NCBI GenBank assembly: GCA_051453625.1
Contig: JBOZIK010000001.1
Span: 4,280,320-4,315,547 of the forward strand
Reading direction: 5' to 3'
Length of the DNA stretch: 35,228 nt
Origin: Welwitschia mirabilis
Lineage: Eukaryota
Part shown: one piece after another, positions 1 through 11,273 of the stretch
Layout: every line of letters begins with the position of its first letter
Numbering within the stretch: position 1 is the first letter of the stretch
Translations under genes and position numbers: made by a program
Notes under the pieces: generated by a model
Database searches by the model: none
What the model was told of the DNA's origin: nothing
The model's input: only the letters and a program-made list of their open reading frames with translations

Positions 1-2218
1 TTTATTTTTTGCATTATTATTCTTAAGTTCACTTACCATTTTCTTGTGCAAATCAATTCTCATTCTCCTCTCATAAGTATTCAATGAGATATGATGTTTG
101 GGTTTACTTCCTACTATACTAGTGTGATATATTGTGCAAAATATCTTTTTTATTTATGAATGACATAATCCTCTTTGAGTATAAATGTTTGCACAAATAT
201 GCACCACAACAATCATCCAAAATTACACTACCAGAGATAGTAATAATGCTAGTGATAACACTAGGAATGAAGGTTAGTACACTAGTTATTTAGCCCTCAG
301 TGACTAGTTTCTTTTATGCTATTTAAAAAGAGGAAGAAGATGGCAAATTAAATTGGATCAGATTGAACATCTTGTATCAGTTTAGAAGATGTTAAATTGA
401 TATGGGTGGTTAGAATTTTTGTGAGTAATATTATTAGTGATGCTTAATTCCATGTATTAGTACATATATCCTAATAAATTAATGATTTTATATTATTATC
501 TATTAGTTTTTAAGCTCCTTTTATATTTAATGTAACTTATGATTTGACATGTATCTGGCAATTTCATATATTTGGGCTACTTCTTGTTTACTATCTTACA
601 ATGACTATCAATGTATTTTTTAAATGATTTCATTTGTTAAAATTTTTAAAATAACTCATGTAATATATTACACTTCATCTCAGATTAATTTTATCTTAAG
701 TAATTCTAAACATAATTGTACTAATGATATTTGCGAAGTTTTAGACATCATTAAAATAAAGGAGATTGTTGATAAATTCCCAGTTTTGATGATTCCACTT
801 TTCAAATGATGTATCTAATGTATAGATAAGATATTAAAGCACACTCGACTTGTAAATAGAAATCAAGATAGCCAAAACTAAAAGTTCAAAGTTCATAAAG
901 GGTAGATAAAGTTAAATAAAAACATCTATAGATCTTAAGAAATCTATGATAAAGACATCTACTATCTTAAAGACATCTAGGCTAAATCTGAAGATAAGAA
1001 AGATGAAAGACATCTATCTTGATAAAGACATCTATACTAAACTAAGAATCTGAGATAGGTAAAAGACATCTAGTAAATTAAAGAAATCTATACTATTTTA
1101 ACTATAAAAGACATTTATTGAATTGAATACATCCCTGCTCAATAAAAAGTGGTAATCGAGGTAAATTATGTTGTAATGAATTATTTATTTTCTAGGGGAT
1201 TACTCAAGCTTTACATAATTAGTTTGTAACACCTAATGGTTAAAAACATAGTAGTTCAAGACTTATTAAAATTTGGGTAGTTTCATCTTTTAGGATGAAG
1301 ACATCTAATTGACAGAGGCATCTACTAAATTGAAGACATCTCCCCTAAAAATTAATAAAAAATAAAATAGTTATTAAATAATTAAATGTTAGCTATTTAT
1401 AGTCAATTAATTGCATTTAAATAATTCCAAATAGCTATCTTACTAGGAAAAAGGCTAAGAAAACCTTACATGTAGAATGTAGAAAGTTTAAACAGGAAAT
1501 AGTTATTCATTTTTTGAAATGATTAGCACCACATAAGTATAAAAGGAAAAAACTGTGAAGAGGAAAGAGATGCTATTTTTTTTGGGTAATCAATACTACA
1601 CAAGAAGAAATCTATGTCCTTGATGAAGACACTTATTTCTTGAATACATTAATTGATCTTTGGCACTTCCACTACTTCATAACTTTGATCTTGAATATTC
1701 ATGGATGAATACATTAAGAAGAATTCAATCTTCCATTAAAGTGATATCTTTTAAGCTTATTATGGATTCTTTGCAATATTTATTGATACTTCATTGTAGG
1801 ACTATCAAATTATTTAAATCATTTATTCTAGTTCATAATTTTTAATTATCTCCTTTTTAAGGCTTCCTTGCTTAAAGATTCCAAAGTATAAGGCAAACCT
1901 CTACGAATGTGCTTCTTTAGGTACTTGAAAATACAACTAGTATTTGATCCATTGTAATCCCTAAAGGGAAGAGATTGCTATCTTGTGTGAAACATCTCAT
2001 TTATATCTAAGCTTGGTAGTGTTCCAAAACCACTATTTTATTAATTAAGGATATTTAGAGGTGTGAAGGAAAGCTACCCTCTATGTGTGAATGTACCGAG
2101 ATTGGGAAACGATGTTAAATTAGTAAGATCTCTATTATTAATTTTATTTATTTTTAGTTTTAGAATTTTTATTTAGTAAAACCCATTCATACCTCCCCTT
2201 TAAGTTCAATGATCCTCA
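1..2218 (+). mobile_element. 3' end of a SIRE-like Ty1/copia LTR retrotransposon (pre-LTR region plus 3' LTR), inserted into the integrase of an older copia element
   Basis: catcattaaaataaaggagat|TGTTG at 746-771 is a decayed form of the SIRE junction CATCAxxAAAAAGGGGGAGAT|TGTTG. A second PPT-like tract (aaaaagaggaagaa, ~325-338) lies upstream. The LTR ends acccattcatacctccccttt...gatcctCA at 2218, like SIRE LTR 3' termini. Copia integrase codons start immediately afterwards. Confidence 0.75.
767..2218 (+). repeat. 3' LTR (~1.45 kb) of SIRE-like element 1
   Basis: TG...CA termini, PPT directly upstream, an internal array of AAGACATCT motifs (~920-1342) and a TATA-like tataaaagg at ~1538. Confidence 0.7.
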
Positions 2219-3924
2219 TAGATGAAGGAGAAAAATATGTATTAATAAAGTTTTATTATAAACTTTAAAAGACTAGAATTCAACATTAAGTAACTCCACC
2301 TTATATACCTCAACATAATGGAGTGGCTGAAGAAAAAAATAAATAAAGAAAAAAGAGCAATCATGAAGATGATAAGAATTATGTTGTATACAACATGTAT
2401 TTATTTATTTTTATAGATAAAATTTATTATAATAGTTGTTTACTTTCAAAACAAACTCTTAACTAAACTTCTAAATGGAGATACACTAAGATGAATATGA
2501 TCTGATAAGGTAGTTTATCATAATCACCTAAGAACTTTTAAAGAAAGTGTTTTATGAAAATTCAATAATTAAAAAATAAAGTACAACAAAAATCCAAAAG
2601 ATATTTTATGCTCGAGTATTTAGATGAAAATAAAATCCTATGCAATTTGGACCTAAACTTTTATAAGGGTTATTATTAGAGTTTAATGATTAATTTCTAG
2701 CTAGTTATAGATAATAATACCTCTTAATAAAGCTATAAATTAGAATTTAAATGAATTAAGTCCAAAGTATTAAATAATATATTTCTAAATTTTAGAGATA
2801 TAAGATCATGTTAATGTAGAAGAACAAATTGCTCCTATTATAGATGATGGTGGAAAATTGAACATTATTTCAAACCATGAATCATAAATGTCATGTTGGG
2901 CAAGATACATTTCTAACTTATTACATGAAAATTAAATAAGTCTAATGGAAGAAAATCCAAATTGAAGACATATAAAGTGGAAGCACACTTATTTTCTCTA
3001 TTAATAAAAAAGTGACATAGAATCAGCCAATGTAAAATAAGCTCTTAAAAATCCAAGTTGAAAGAAGGTAATATGGGAAGATCATGATATTTTCATGTAG
3101 AATCAAATTTGGAAACTTACTTTAGTAATAAAAAAATATAATTGATACAAAATAAGTATTTTATATCAAGTATAATACAAATGATACAATCAATGAGTAT
3201 AGAACCAAATTTATTATTAAATATTTTTCATATGAGAAAAAATTCTTACCATAAAACACTTACATCCATAAGAAGGATTTATATCATATAAACCATTATT
3301 CCTTGGTAATTTAGTATAATCATAGTTTATCATAGATCGATATCAAATCAGCATTCCAAATAGAGATCTTAAAGAATAAATATCTATAATTCAATCTAAA
3401 TGCTTTGAAATTAAGGACACAAAAAAAAAGATTACAAATTAAACAAATCCCTATATAATCTAAAATAATATCCTAGATATGGCTAAAAACGATTGATGAA
3501 TTTATCGATAGCCTTGTTTTAAGAAGTCAAAATTAAATACAAATAGCTCTATAAAATGACATAAAAAATATAAAAGAGATATAATATTATTACTCTATGT
3601 TAATGACATAATATCAATAGGGGGGTGCAAAATAAAAATTAAGGATGTAATGAATTCCTATAATCAAAATTTTAAAATTTGAGACATTCTAAGCTTTAAT
3701 ATATTAATAAATAATAAAACAATTAAAATGATTTAAAAAATCTTTTAATAAAATACTTGATAAACAATAATTGAAGAGCCAGTAGCCATAGAATAATTCC
3801 ATGAACCAGGCATAAAGATAAAACTTGACAAATTAATAAAAAAGAACTATCCCATTATATTCCAATGTTAATTATCAAGTTAATACATCTAACAAATAAA
3901 ATACCAAATATTATAATTATCATT
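2219..3924 (+). pseudogene. pol: Decayed copia pol, integrase core to RT
   Basis: Manual translation gives TPPYIPQHNGVAE (~2293-2331; cf. TPQQNGVAE), HLRTF, NQIWKL, YRTKFIIKYFS (cf. YKARLVAKGFS), IDIKSAF, KLNKSLYNLK and LLYVND (cf. YVDD, ~3590-3607). Many stops and frameshifts. Confidence 0.85.
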
Positions 3925-4394
3925 TATTAGTAAGCTCACATAATCAGTGTGATAATTGTTGATTTTCTTAATAACATACTAAACATTTTTTATTTCATAT
4001 CTAAAAAATACAATCTTTTGTTCTGATGAAAAATAGTATAAAGATAAATATCATTTATTATGAGAGGGAAAAAAAAGTCATTCATTTAATCAATTAATTA
4101 AAGAAGAAGTAGTGTAATGAAACACTTAAAGTCACATACGTCTAAGTCAAAAACTTAGGCATGCAGTATACTCATGAGTCGCTTACTTAATCATCTAATT
4201 ATTTATATTAGACATTTAATATATTTTAGAGTTTTCTTTAATTTTTTATTACTCATAAAATAATCTAAATCTTTAACATCTTGCTTAAACATATTATAAA
4301 ATTCTTTTGCACTAATTCCTAAACTAGTATGAAAAAGAACTAAGTTCTTAATCCAAAACATAACATTAATGTATATTTACTTTAAGGTTCAACA
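3925..4394 (+). repeat. 5' LTR of copia B
   Basis: Aligns by eye with 7025-7556 (e.g. cattcatttaatcaattaattaa...gtagtgtaatgaaacactt vs cattcatttagtcaatcaattaa...gtagtgtgatgaaatactt). Ends ...tcaaCA. Confidence 0.75.
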
Positions 4395-4407
4395 TGATAT
4401 CATAACC
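4395..4407 (+). other. Primer-binding site complementary to initiator tRNA-Met (decayed)
   Basis: TGATATCATAACC vs canonical TGGTATCAGAGCC (10/13), immediately after the LTR-terminal CA. Confidence 0.7.
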
Positions 4408-7024
4408 AAAGTTGAAAATATAGGATGATCAATATGAAATTAAAGAACCCTAGCTTTAGAAATTTAATGATTTCATCCTAAAGAAAAATTGTTATTAAAA
4501 AAGTAAGTTCATCAACAAAACTTTAAGAAGATATAATAGATGATTATGTCTATTAATAAAGTGAAATAAAACTTGTTTATTTTGTTAGCTAATAGTGGGT
4601 ACCAAACATGAGTTATGATAGAATTTATGATTTGAATTACTATTATAACAATTCATTTAATTTTAAAAATATAAAAATAAAGGAAGAAAATATCATTTTA
4701 ATTCAATAACAAGACATTAAAATTTTGGAAGTCAAAGCAACCAATTCTATGAGAAGCTAGTTGTAACAACGTTTATGATGAAAAATAAGAAATAAATCCA
4801 ATGAAGGATAATTCCCTATAATTCTAGTTAACAAACATAAAGAAACAAATTAAAAGTATCAAAATAAGTGTCAATAGGATTTAATGAGAGCTTTTCATTT
4901 GGGAAGTACCAAATACCATTAAGCGTTAGAGGGTAAGAACAAATTTCATGTTGTAGCTAAATCATTGCAATTGTATGTTATGAAAAGATAAATTAAGTAA
5001 AATAATATTGATAAGATATATAAAATAAGTATGCTAGATATGTTGTATAATCATTTGCTAAAACACCTATTTATGGAGCTCTAAAATTATAATTTCATTA
5101 GCATAGCCAACACAATGTTATTCCTGTTTAATTAAGACAAACTTTATCAAGTAGTGAACTATTAAGTTTAGATTTCAAAATAATATAAGAAGATAGAATT
5201 TTCACTAGGACAAAATAATAAGATCCACTTGTCTTCTTCTCACTTACCAAAACATTATTAAAATGAAATAGTATTGATATCATCATATTAGTTTTTACTT
5301 TAGTAAATAGTATAGATGTGTATTTAAGATGAATAGTTTCTAAAATTCATATTACATACTTTAATAAAATTGATAATAAACAGCTTATCAAATCACATTA
5401 AGGCAAAATTAGTAGAAACTATAAAATCATTTTGAATTCCAATAGTAAAATCTACAAAATAAGTCTATAAAAAAAATACAAAGGTGATATTTTATTTTAT
5501 TTTTATCCTTTATAAATTTGAATATCTACGAGCATGAAGAATTGCAATATTGTATTCCTACATTTGCTTATGTTCTTCAAGTAATTCTTTATCTAGTACA
5601 TTCATTTTAATTCTCTACAAATGTTTTCTTTATTAATAGAATTTCATTAATTACTATTCTTTTCATTATGTTCTTATAATCAATGCATTATTTTTTTCAT
5701 TGAACCTAGAGGAAGTCTTAATAACAATATATTTAAAAGTGTATTGGAAGCCACTCTGATGCATTCTTTGAACAAATTACAAAAAACGTTCTCATAGAAG
5801 TATTACTTAAAGGGATACTAGATAGGAATTAAGAGTTTATCAAATATAGGAATATAAACAAGTTTGATGAAAATGAAGGATTTAATCTATGTGAAGAATG
5901 AATGTTGGATATAAGAAGTATTAAATATCATAGATGTTATGTGTCATGAGTACCCTATTATTATAAGAATAACAAGCAATCATTGGATGATTCTTACATG
6001 AATTATATACACTTAGCTATTCTTTATGACATAATGACATATTGAGGTAATTTTGTGATAAGTACTTTTCATGGAATCAACCATAACAAAACAATGAAAA
6101 AACAAAGCTCATAAAGATGAAGCATGATAATGAAGCACTCCAAAATCAACTCAATAAGTTATAGTTCTAGGTTACTCAACTTTCAAGAAAGAACAATTAG
6201 ATCTCTTAAGATAAGAATAAAAATGCCAAAGTACATGATAAAGTATGAAATACCATTAGAGATTTTCATGTCTAAATTAAGAAATTGTAATAAGCTTAAG
6301 ATCCAAATCAAGAAGATCCTTTTTAGCTTGTGTGACTTAAAGAACCTAAAAAGAGTACTAGAAAAGATACAAACTAGATACTACTAATAAGCCAACTAAG
6401 TTAGCTAGTGAATGAACTCCTAATAAATAAGGTCTTGAATAGATGATATAATAGTTATTCAAAATAGTACCATAAAGTTATAATAAAATTAAGCATTCTA
6501 TGTATACATCATAAAAATACAACTTATATTAAAGTAATAAAAATGAAATTTGTGTAAGGTCTTTCAATTTGTATTATAACTTTATATAGGATAAAACAAG
6601 CCTAATATGAAATAGACACTTAAACATAATAACTCATGTTCTAACTAAAGGTAAGAATACTAGTTACTAAAGAAATTATTTTCTAGTTTAAATAAAATAA
6701 ATTAAAGATAAAGTATTAAAGTAAGACAAAGTAATAAAATGGATAGTTACTAAAATAATACCTTAATATGAAACAAGGTATTTTAAAACATCTAATTGAT
6801 GAAATTTTTAAACATTACTATCTTAATAATTCATAGAATAAAACTAGAGGATGAAATGATTATAAAAATGATGAACTTGATTTAAAAAACACACTTGCAA
6901 AAAAATAAAAATAAATCAAATTCAAAAGAGATGAGTTAAAAGATAATGAAAAAGATAATTTAGATGAATACAAAAAACAAGACAAAATTATAAATTCTAA
7001 AATTAAGTTAATATTAAAGGGAAG

Positions 7025-7556
7025 TTTTATCTAGTTAACATAATTGATATAATAATTATTAATTTTATTAGTAAAATATAAAATAAAATATTTTCTTCTG
7101 TTTCTAAGAGACTTAACCTTTTCTTACAACACAATGTGATATAAATAAAAAGTTCATTCATTTTAAAAAATAATGTTCATTCATTTAGTCAATCAATTAA
7201 ATAAGTAGTGTGATGAAATACTTGAAGTTACATAATCCTAAGTAAGATTCTTAGGGACATAATTCATTTATGAATTAATTACTTATTCTATTACCATAAA
7301 TATTATTTATAATAATGATTTATTATTTGTTGTTAGTCATTTAATTATGTATATTAAACATAATGATACATTATCAGGTTTGGTTTTTCATTTTACTTCT
7401 TATTTTTACTACTAATGAAATAACCTAAGGATTTATCATTTTAATTCTTAAACATATTACAAAGTTCTTTTACATTTATTTCTAAATTAGTATGAAAAGT
7501 ACCAAGTTTTAGATCTAAAGCATAAGACCAAAGAATTTTTACATAAAATTATAATA
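7025..7556 (+). repeat. 3' LTR of copia B
   Basis: Direct repeat of 3925-4394, preceded by PPT-like aaagggaag. Confidence 0.75.
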
Positions 7557-8280
7557 GTATTAACAAGATCATTATATTCATTTATTTTTGAAACAAAACT
7601 CAAATAAAGTTAGTAATTAATACATGAAAATACTTCACTAGGGTATATGACCTAATGTTTAGAAAAGAAAAATAAAGTTTAGTTAACTACTTAAATTCAA
7701 ATTAGGTTAGTGTTAAAAATGATGGATAATCCATAGATTAAGTCATTTAGTGTAACATAAATATTATGTAATGGGTAAGCTAGCTCATTCATTTACCTTG
7801 ATCTATTTTAAACTATTTTATCCAATTTATGTTCAAGTTATAATAATTTGTAACTTTCTTATCTCATAGAGTCCATGATACTTTCTAAGCATAATAAAAG
7901 AGGCTTTATTTTTAATATTTCATATAAATTAAAAAGTGGGGGAACTACATTTTCTTCTGCTAAAAAATAATATATAGAAGTAACATTGTGTTGTAAGTTG
8001 AAGTTGCTTCATAAAATTCTAAGAGAACTTTATGAAGATACTTAAATTCCAATTTTCATTCATTGTGATAATCAAACTTGTGGAAAATCCCATGATTTAG
8101 AAAAGAATAAAGAATGTCAAAGTTAATTGTAACTATATTATAGGATTCTATTTAGAAGGATTTATTAAAATAAGTTACATTAATGCTAAGAGATAGGTTG
8201 CAGATGGACTTATGAAACTAATTAAAAGAAGTAAATTTTAGTAGTTCAGAGAAGTTTTACAAGTCAAAGATAAATAATTA
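7557..8280 (+). pseudogene. pol: Decayed copia A RT C-terminus and RNase H
   Basis: LVNYLNSN*VSVKNDG*SI (cf. LxGYSDSDWAGxxDDRKST), FSSAKK*YI (cf. LSSAEAEYI), IHCDNQT, ENPM..RIKNV and VADGLMKL (cf. LADIFTKP). Confidence 0.85.
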
Positions 8281-8309
8281 GAAGTTTGACTTAGAACTTT
8301 ATGGGAAAG

Positions 8310-8689
8310 TGCTAGGTAAAACATAAAAAAATAAAACACAACATAACTAACATGCTTTTATCTCCATTAACAAAATATGTTTCTTCATTTAAAACAAATT
8401 TATAAGTCTTAAAATTAATTACATAAATGGATTAATTAATTACTCCTAAATGAACCACCATGATTATCCATAACTATTTTGTGAAGATTTACATCTCTTT
8501 ATATTACATATAAATGGTATCATGCCACATCAATTGTGTGCATTCCCAATGCAAATTCAATTACTTAATTTACAAATTATGTTGATAATAAAATGTTTCT
8601 TTTATTTTACTTCCTATGCATTTCTTTTCCCTTTTATATTTTATTAAGATTTGTTATGCTTGATTATACTTTAGCAAAAACTCTTAACA
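8310..8689 (+). repeat. Probable 3' LTR of copia A
   Basis: Follows PPT atgggaaag, starts TG, has tataaatg at ~8508 and a plausible end ctcttaaCA at 8689. No partner LTR in the window, so the right end is uncertain. Confidence 0.55.
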
Positions 8690-9036
8690 TTTTATGAAAT
8701 TAATTTTTTTGTATTATGTAATCAAATATAATTTTGCTTAATCTTCCTCTTTACTTCTTTAAGAATTCCTAATATTATATCTTCCTCTACTAATGATTAC
8801 AACAAAGGTGATGTAGATTTATTACTTAATCATGTTGCCTTATAAAAGTAATTAATTTTATTTGTTTTTATATTCTTTTTCTACTCTAAGAATAATTTCT
8901 TCATAACATTGATTTAAATAAGAGTAACACGAAAAATTTAACCTTGTAAAATGAATTTTAAATAACTATGTAAAAATATAGTAAAATTTTTTATAAATAA
9001 TCTATAATACTAATATGTGTTTTATGGAATTTGTCT

Positions 9037-11273
9037 TGCAACATTGTATTTGTGATTTTAGATGATCAAACGGTATTTGAATTCTATCTATGCCCTCCTT
9101 CTAGTGCTAAAACTATAACAGCTAAAGTTTACAACATAAAATTAATTTTTAATTTTGTTGTATGGTGTTTGAGTATGGCCCTTTTTATAGAGCCAAAACT
9201 ATTATGACTAACTTTAGAAATGTCAAATTAATTTTTAATTTCATTGTATGATGTTTGAGTGTGGTCCTCCTTCTATCACCAAACTATTATGGTTTATTCT
9301 CTCACGACATTAAGATTATCTTAACTCATTTTGATTCTTCTGAATTTTATCTAATGTAATAGATGTCATTATGTTATGATTCAAATGTAATAGCAATTTT
9401 GAAAACTAAAATTCTTAAAGGATAAAAAGATAAGGAAAAAATATAAATTAATAAATAAAATAGAGGTGAATGTAACTAGTTCTTGAATTAACCTTTATAT
9501 AAAAATTCACTTACTTAAAAAGAAATGTATAAATGTTAAGATAAGTAGATTTACATTTTAAGTACATGCATTAAATCAAATTTAAAAATGAAAAGTTAAA
9601 TACTCTTTATAAGGAACTATACTAAGTTTAGCTTTTTTTAATTTTTTCAAAAAATGAAATTCCAAAAGGAAAAAAATATTTTAAAAAAATCTACTCAAAC
9701 AATTTGTATATGATACAATATAAAGCAATTTAGCACATCAAAATTTATTACTTTAATTGATGTGATGAAAAATAGTTTTATTCATGAATGTTATCCCAAC
9801 TTTAAAAAATTAAATTTAAAAAAAAATTATATAACAAGAAATAAAGTTCTCTAAGATGCTTATTACTAAGCCAAAAAAAAATTAGAATAAGGATTTAAAG
9901 ATGGTTTTAATCAATTCTAAGAAGAATCTAGCTGAAGTATTTTCTAGAATAAATACTAAAATTAAATTTTTCATGAGAGAGAAAGAAGTTGGATTTAGTT
10001 ATAACTAGGAATGTAAATACACATTTGTTTGTTTGTTTTTTTTTAATTTGAAAATCCTAGAAACAGACTTTGAAATGAATTTTTAATATTTTAATAAATA
10101 TAAAATCATTTTTTAAGTGATGATTTAATAACATTAGGATGAATATGTAGCTAGTCAAGTAGCATTTAATGAAGCTTTGGTATTAGCTGGCTCTTGCATT
10201 CTCTCCCTTCCTCCATGTTACCACTCATATGATGTGATTTTAGTGCTTTTTAATATTTCTATAGCATTTTTTAAGCTGATCTTCTCCTAAAAATAAATGT
10301 CGCTCTTCACCTCTCCAAAATTATGTTTTACTTCTTCACAAATGTTGTCTATTTCACTGTAATCTCCCTACATTTAATGCTTCTTTGTTTTTAATTATCA
10401 GTGATTATGTATTATGTGTTTTCTTGATGCACCCTTAATCCTCTGTGTTTCCTCTCTAATCATTCTCTTTTCTTTGCCTTTTAATTCATGTCTGTTACAC
10501 CACTTTTGATGATTACCTTTGCAAATTATTTATTCTCCCTTTACATAATATCTATTACAAAATCTATAATGTCTACTAGAGTGAGGAGTACATGTATTAG
10601 AAATGCTAGTAGTCAGGGCCAGCTTTAAATGATGGAGGATGAATTGGTAAGGCTACGTTCTCTTTAAAGGAGTAGTGCGTAAGTTCACTACATTCCTTCT
10701 AATTGATGCTATGGTGGGATTATCCTTGTGAAATCAGATGTAACTATTTCATCTGTACCTCATAAACAAAATAGTTCACATTGTTTAAATATTTTTTAAC
10801 ATCTTCAATAATTCTGATTTCTTTTTAAGATGTGGAGGATGACAAAATTGACTTTAAGGCTCTTTTCATGTAAGCTAAATGCAATATTCTTTACATTGGT
10901 GTTTACACTCCTGAATTGAGTATTCACATTATAGAGGAAAGTAGAGTAATAATACCTTAAGGGGTCTTTGGAACTATGGGTTATTTGTGAGTTGAATAAA
11001 AGCCATAACATTTAATTTTTAAACTATAGTCTTTGCATGGAATAATTACAACTAATAAGTTTCTTATTTGGGTAGAGCCATCGATCATTGGGAAGATGAA
11101 GTTCTTTCAAAATGAATCCTACAAAAAGATGAAATGGAGTAATAGAAATGTTTTTAAGGTAAATAAAAATAAAGGGTGTTAAAGGATAATAGGATCTATA
11201 AATTGAAGGAAAGAAAAATAACTAGATGAAGAAAGGGTGGGTAAAAAATGGAATGTAAAATTCATATATTATA
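9037..11273 (-). repeat. 3' LTR of Tat copy 1 (~2.2 kb)
   Basis: The left ~800 bp match 20455-21240. The right end is inferred from the minus-strand PPT AAAAAGGGGATAAC at 11274-11288. The 9830-11273 portion has no partner in the window. Confidence 0.65.
9088..9330. repeat. ~86-bp tandem repeat (about 2.7 units) inside the LTR; also at ~20506-20745
   Basis: The unit tatg.cc(c/t)ccttcta...aaactatta...aaattaatttttaattt...tatg.tgtttgag recurs at ~9089, ~9174 and ~9260. Confidence 0.75.

Larger units (their letters stand above)
3925..7556 (+). mobile_element. Non-autonomous copia derivative (copia B: LTR-PBS-gag-PR-partial IN-PPT-LTR, no RT) nested in the RT of copia A
   Basis: Diverged direct repeats at 3925-4394 and 7025-7556. 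A PBS-like tgatatcataacc follows the first and a purine tract aaagggaag precedes the second. There is a decayed CCHC knuckle (~5030-5068) and a protease-like VLDF (~5165). Host RT/RNase H resumes after 7556. Flanks tcatt/gtatt are a possible decayed 5-bp TSD. Confidence 0.75.
2219..8689 (+). mobile_element. Old Ty1/copia retrotransposon (copia A), truncated on the left by SIRE-like element 1 and split by a nested insertion at 3925-7556
   Basis: Decayed INT, RT and RNase H motifs occur in copia order on the + strand, followed by a PPT (atgggaaag) and a TG-starting LTR. Confidence 0.85.

Noticed and set aside
624..1845. Short ORFs 624..809 and 1660..1845 (also 10805..11011, 21573..21821, 24503..24739, 26080..26271, 33735..33920)
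   Set aside because: They are chance ORFs in LTR/UTR DNA or alternative frames of decayed regions, with no motif support.
6124..6387. 87-aa ORF as a real gene
   Set aside because: No recognisable motif. An overlapping stop-interrupted frame looks more protein-like, so this ORF is probably a shadow.
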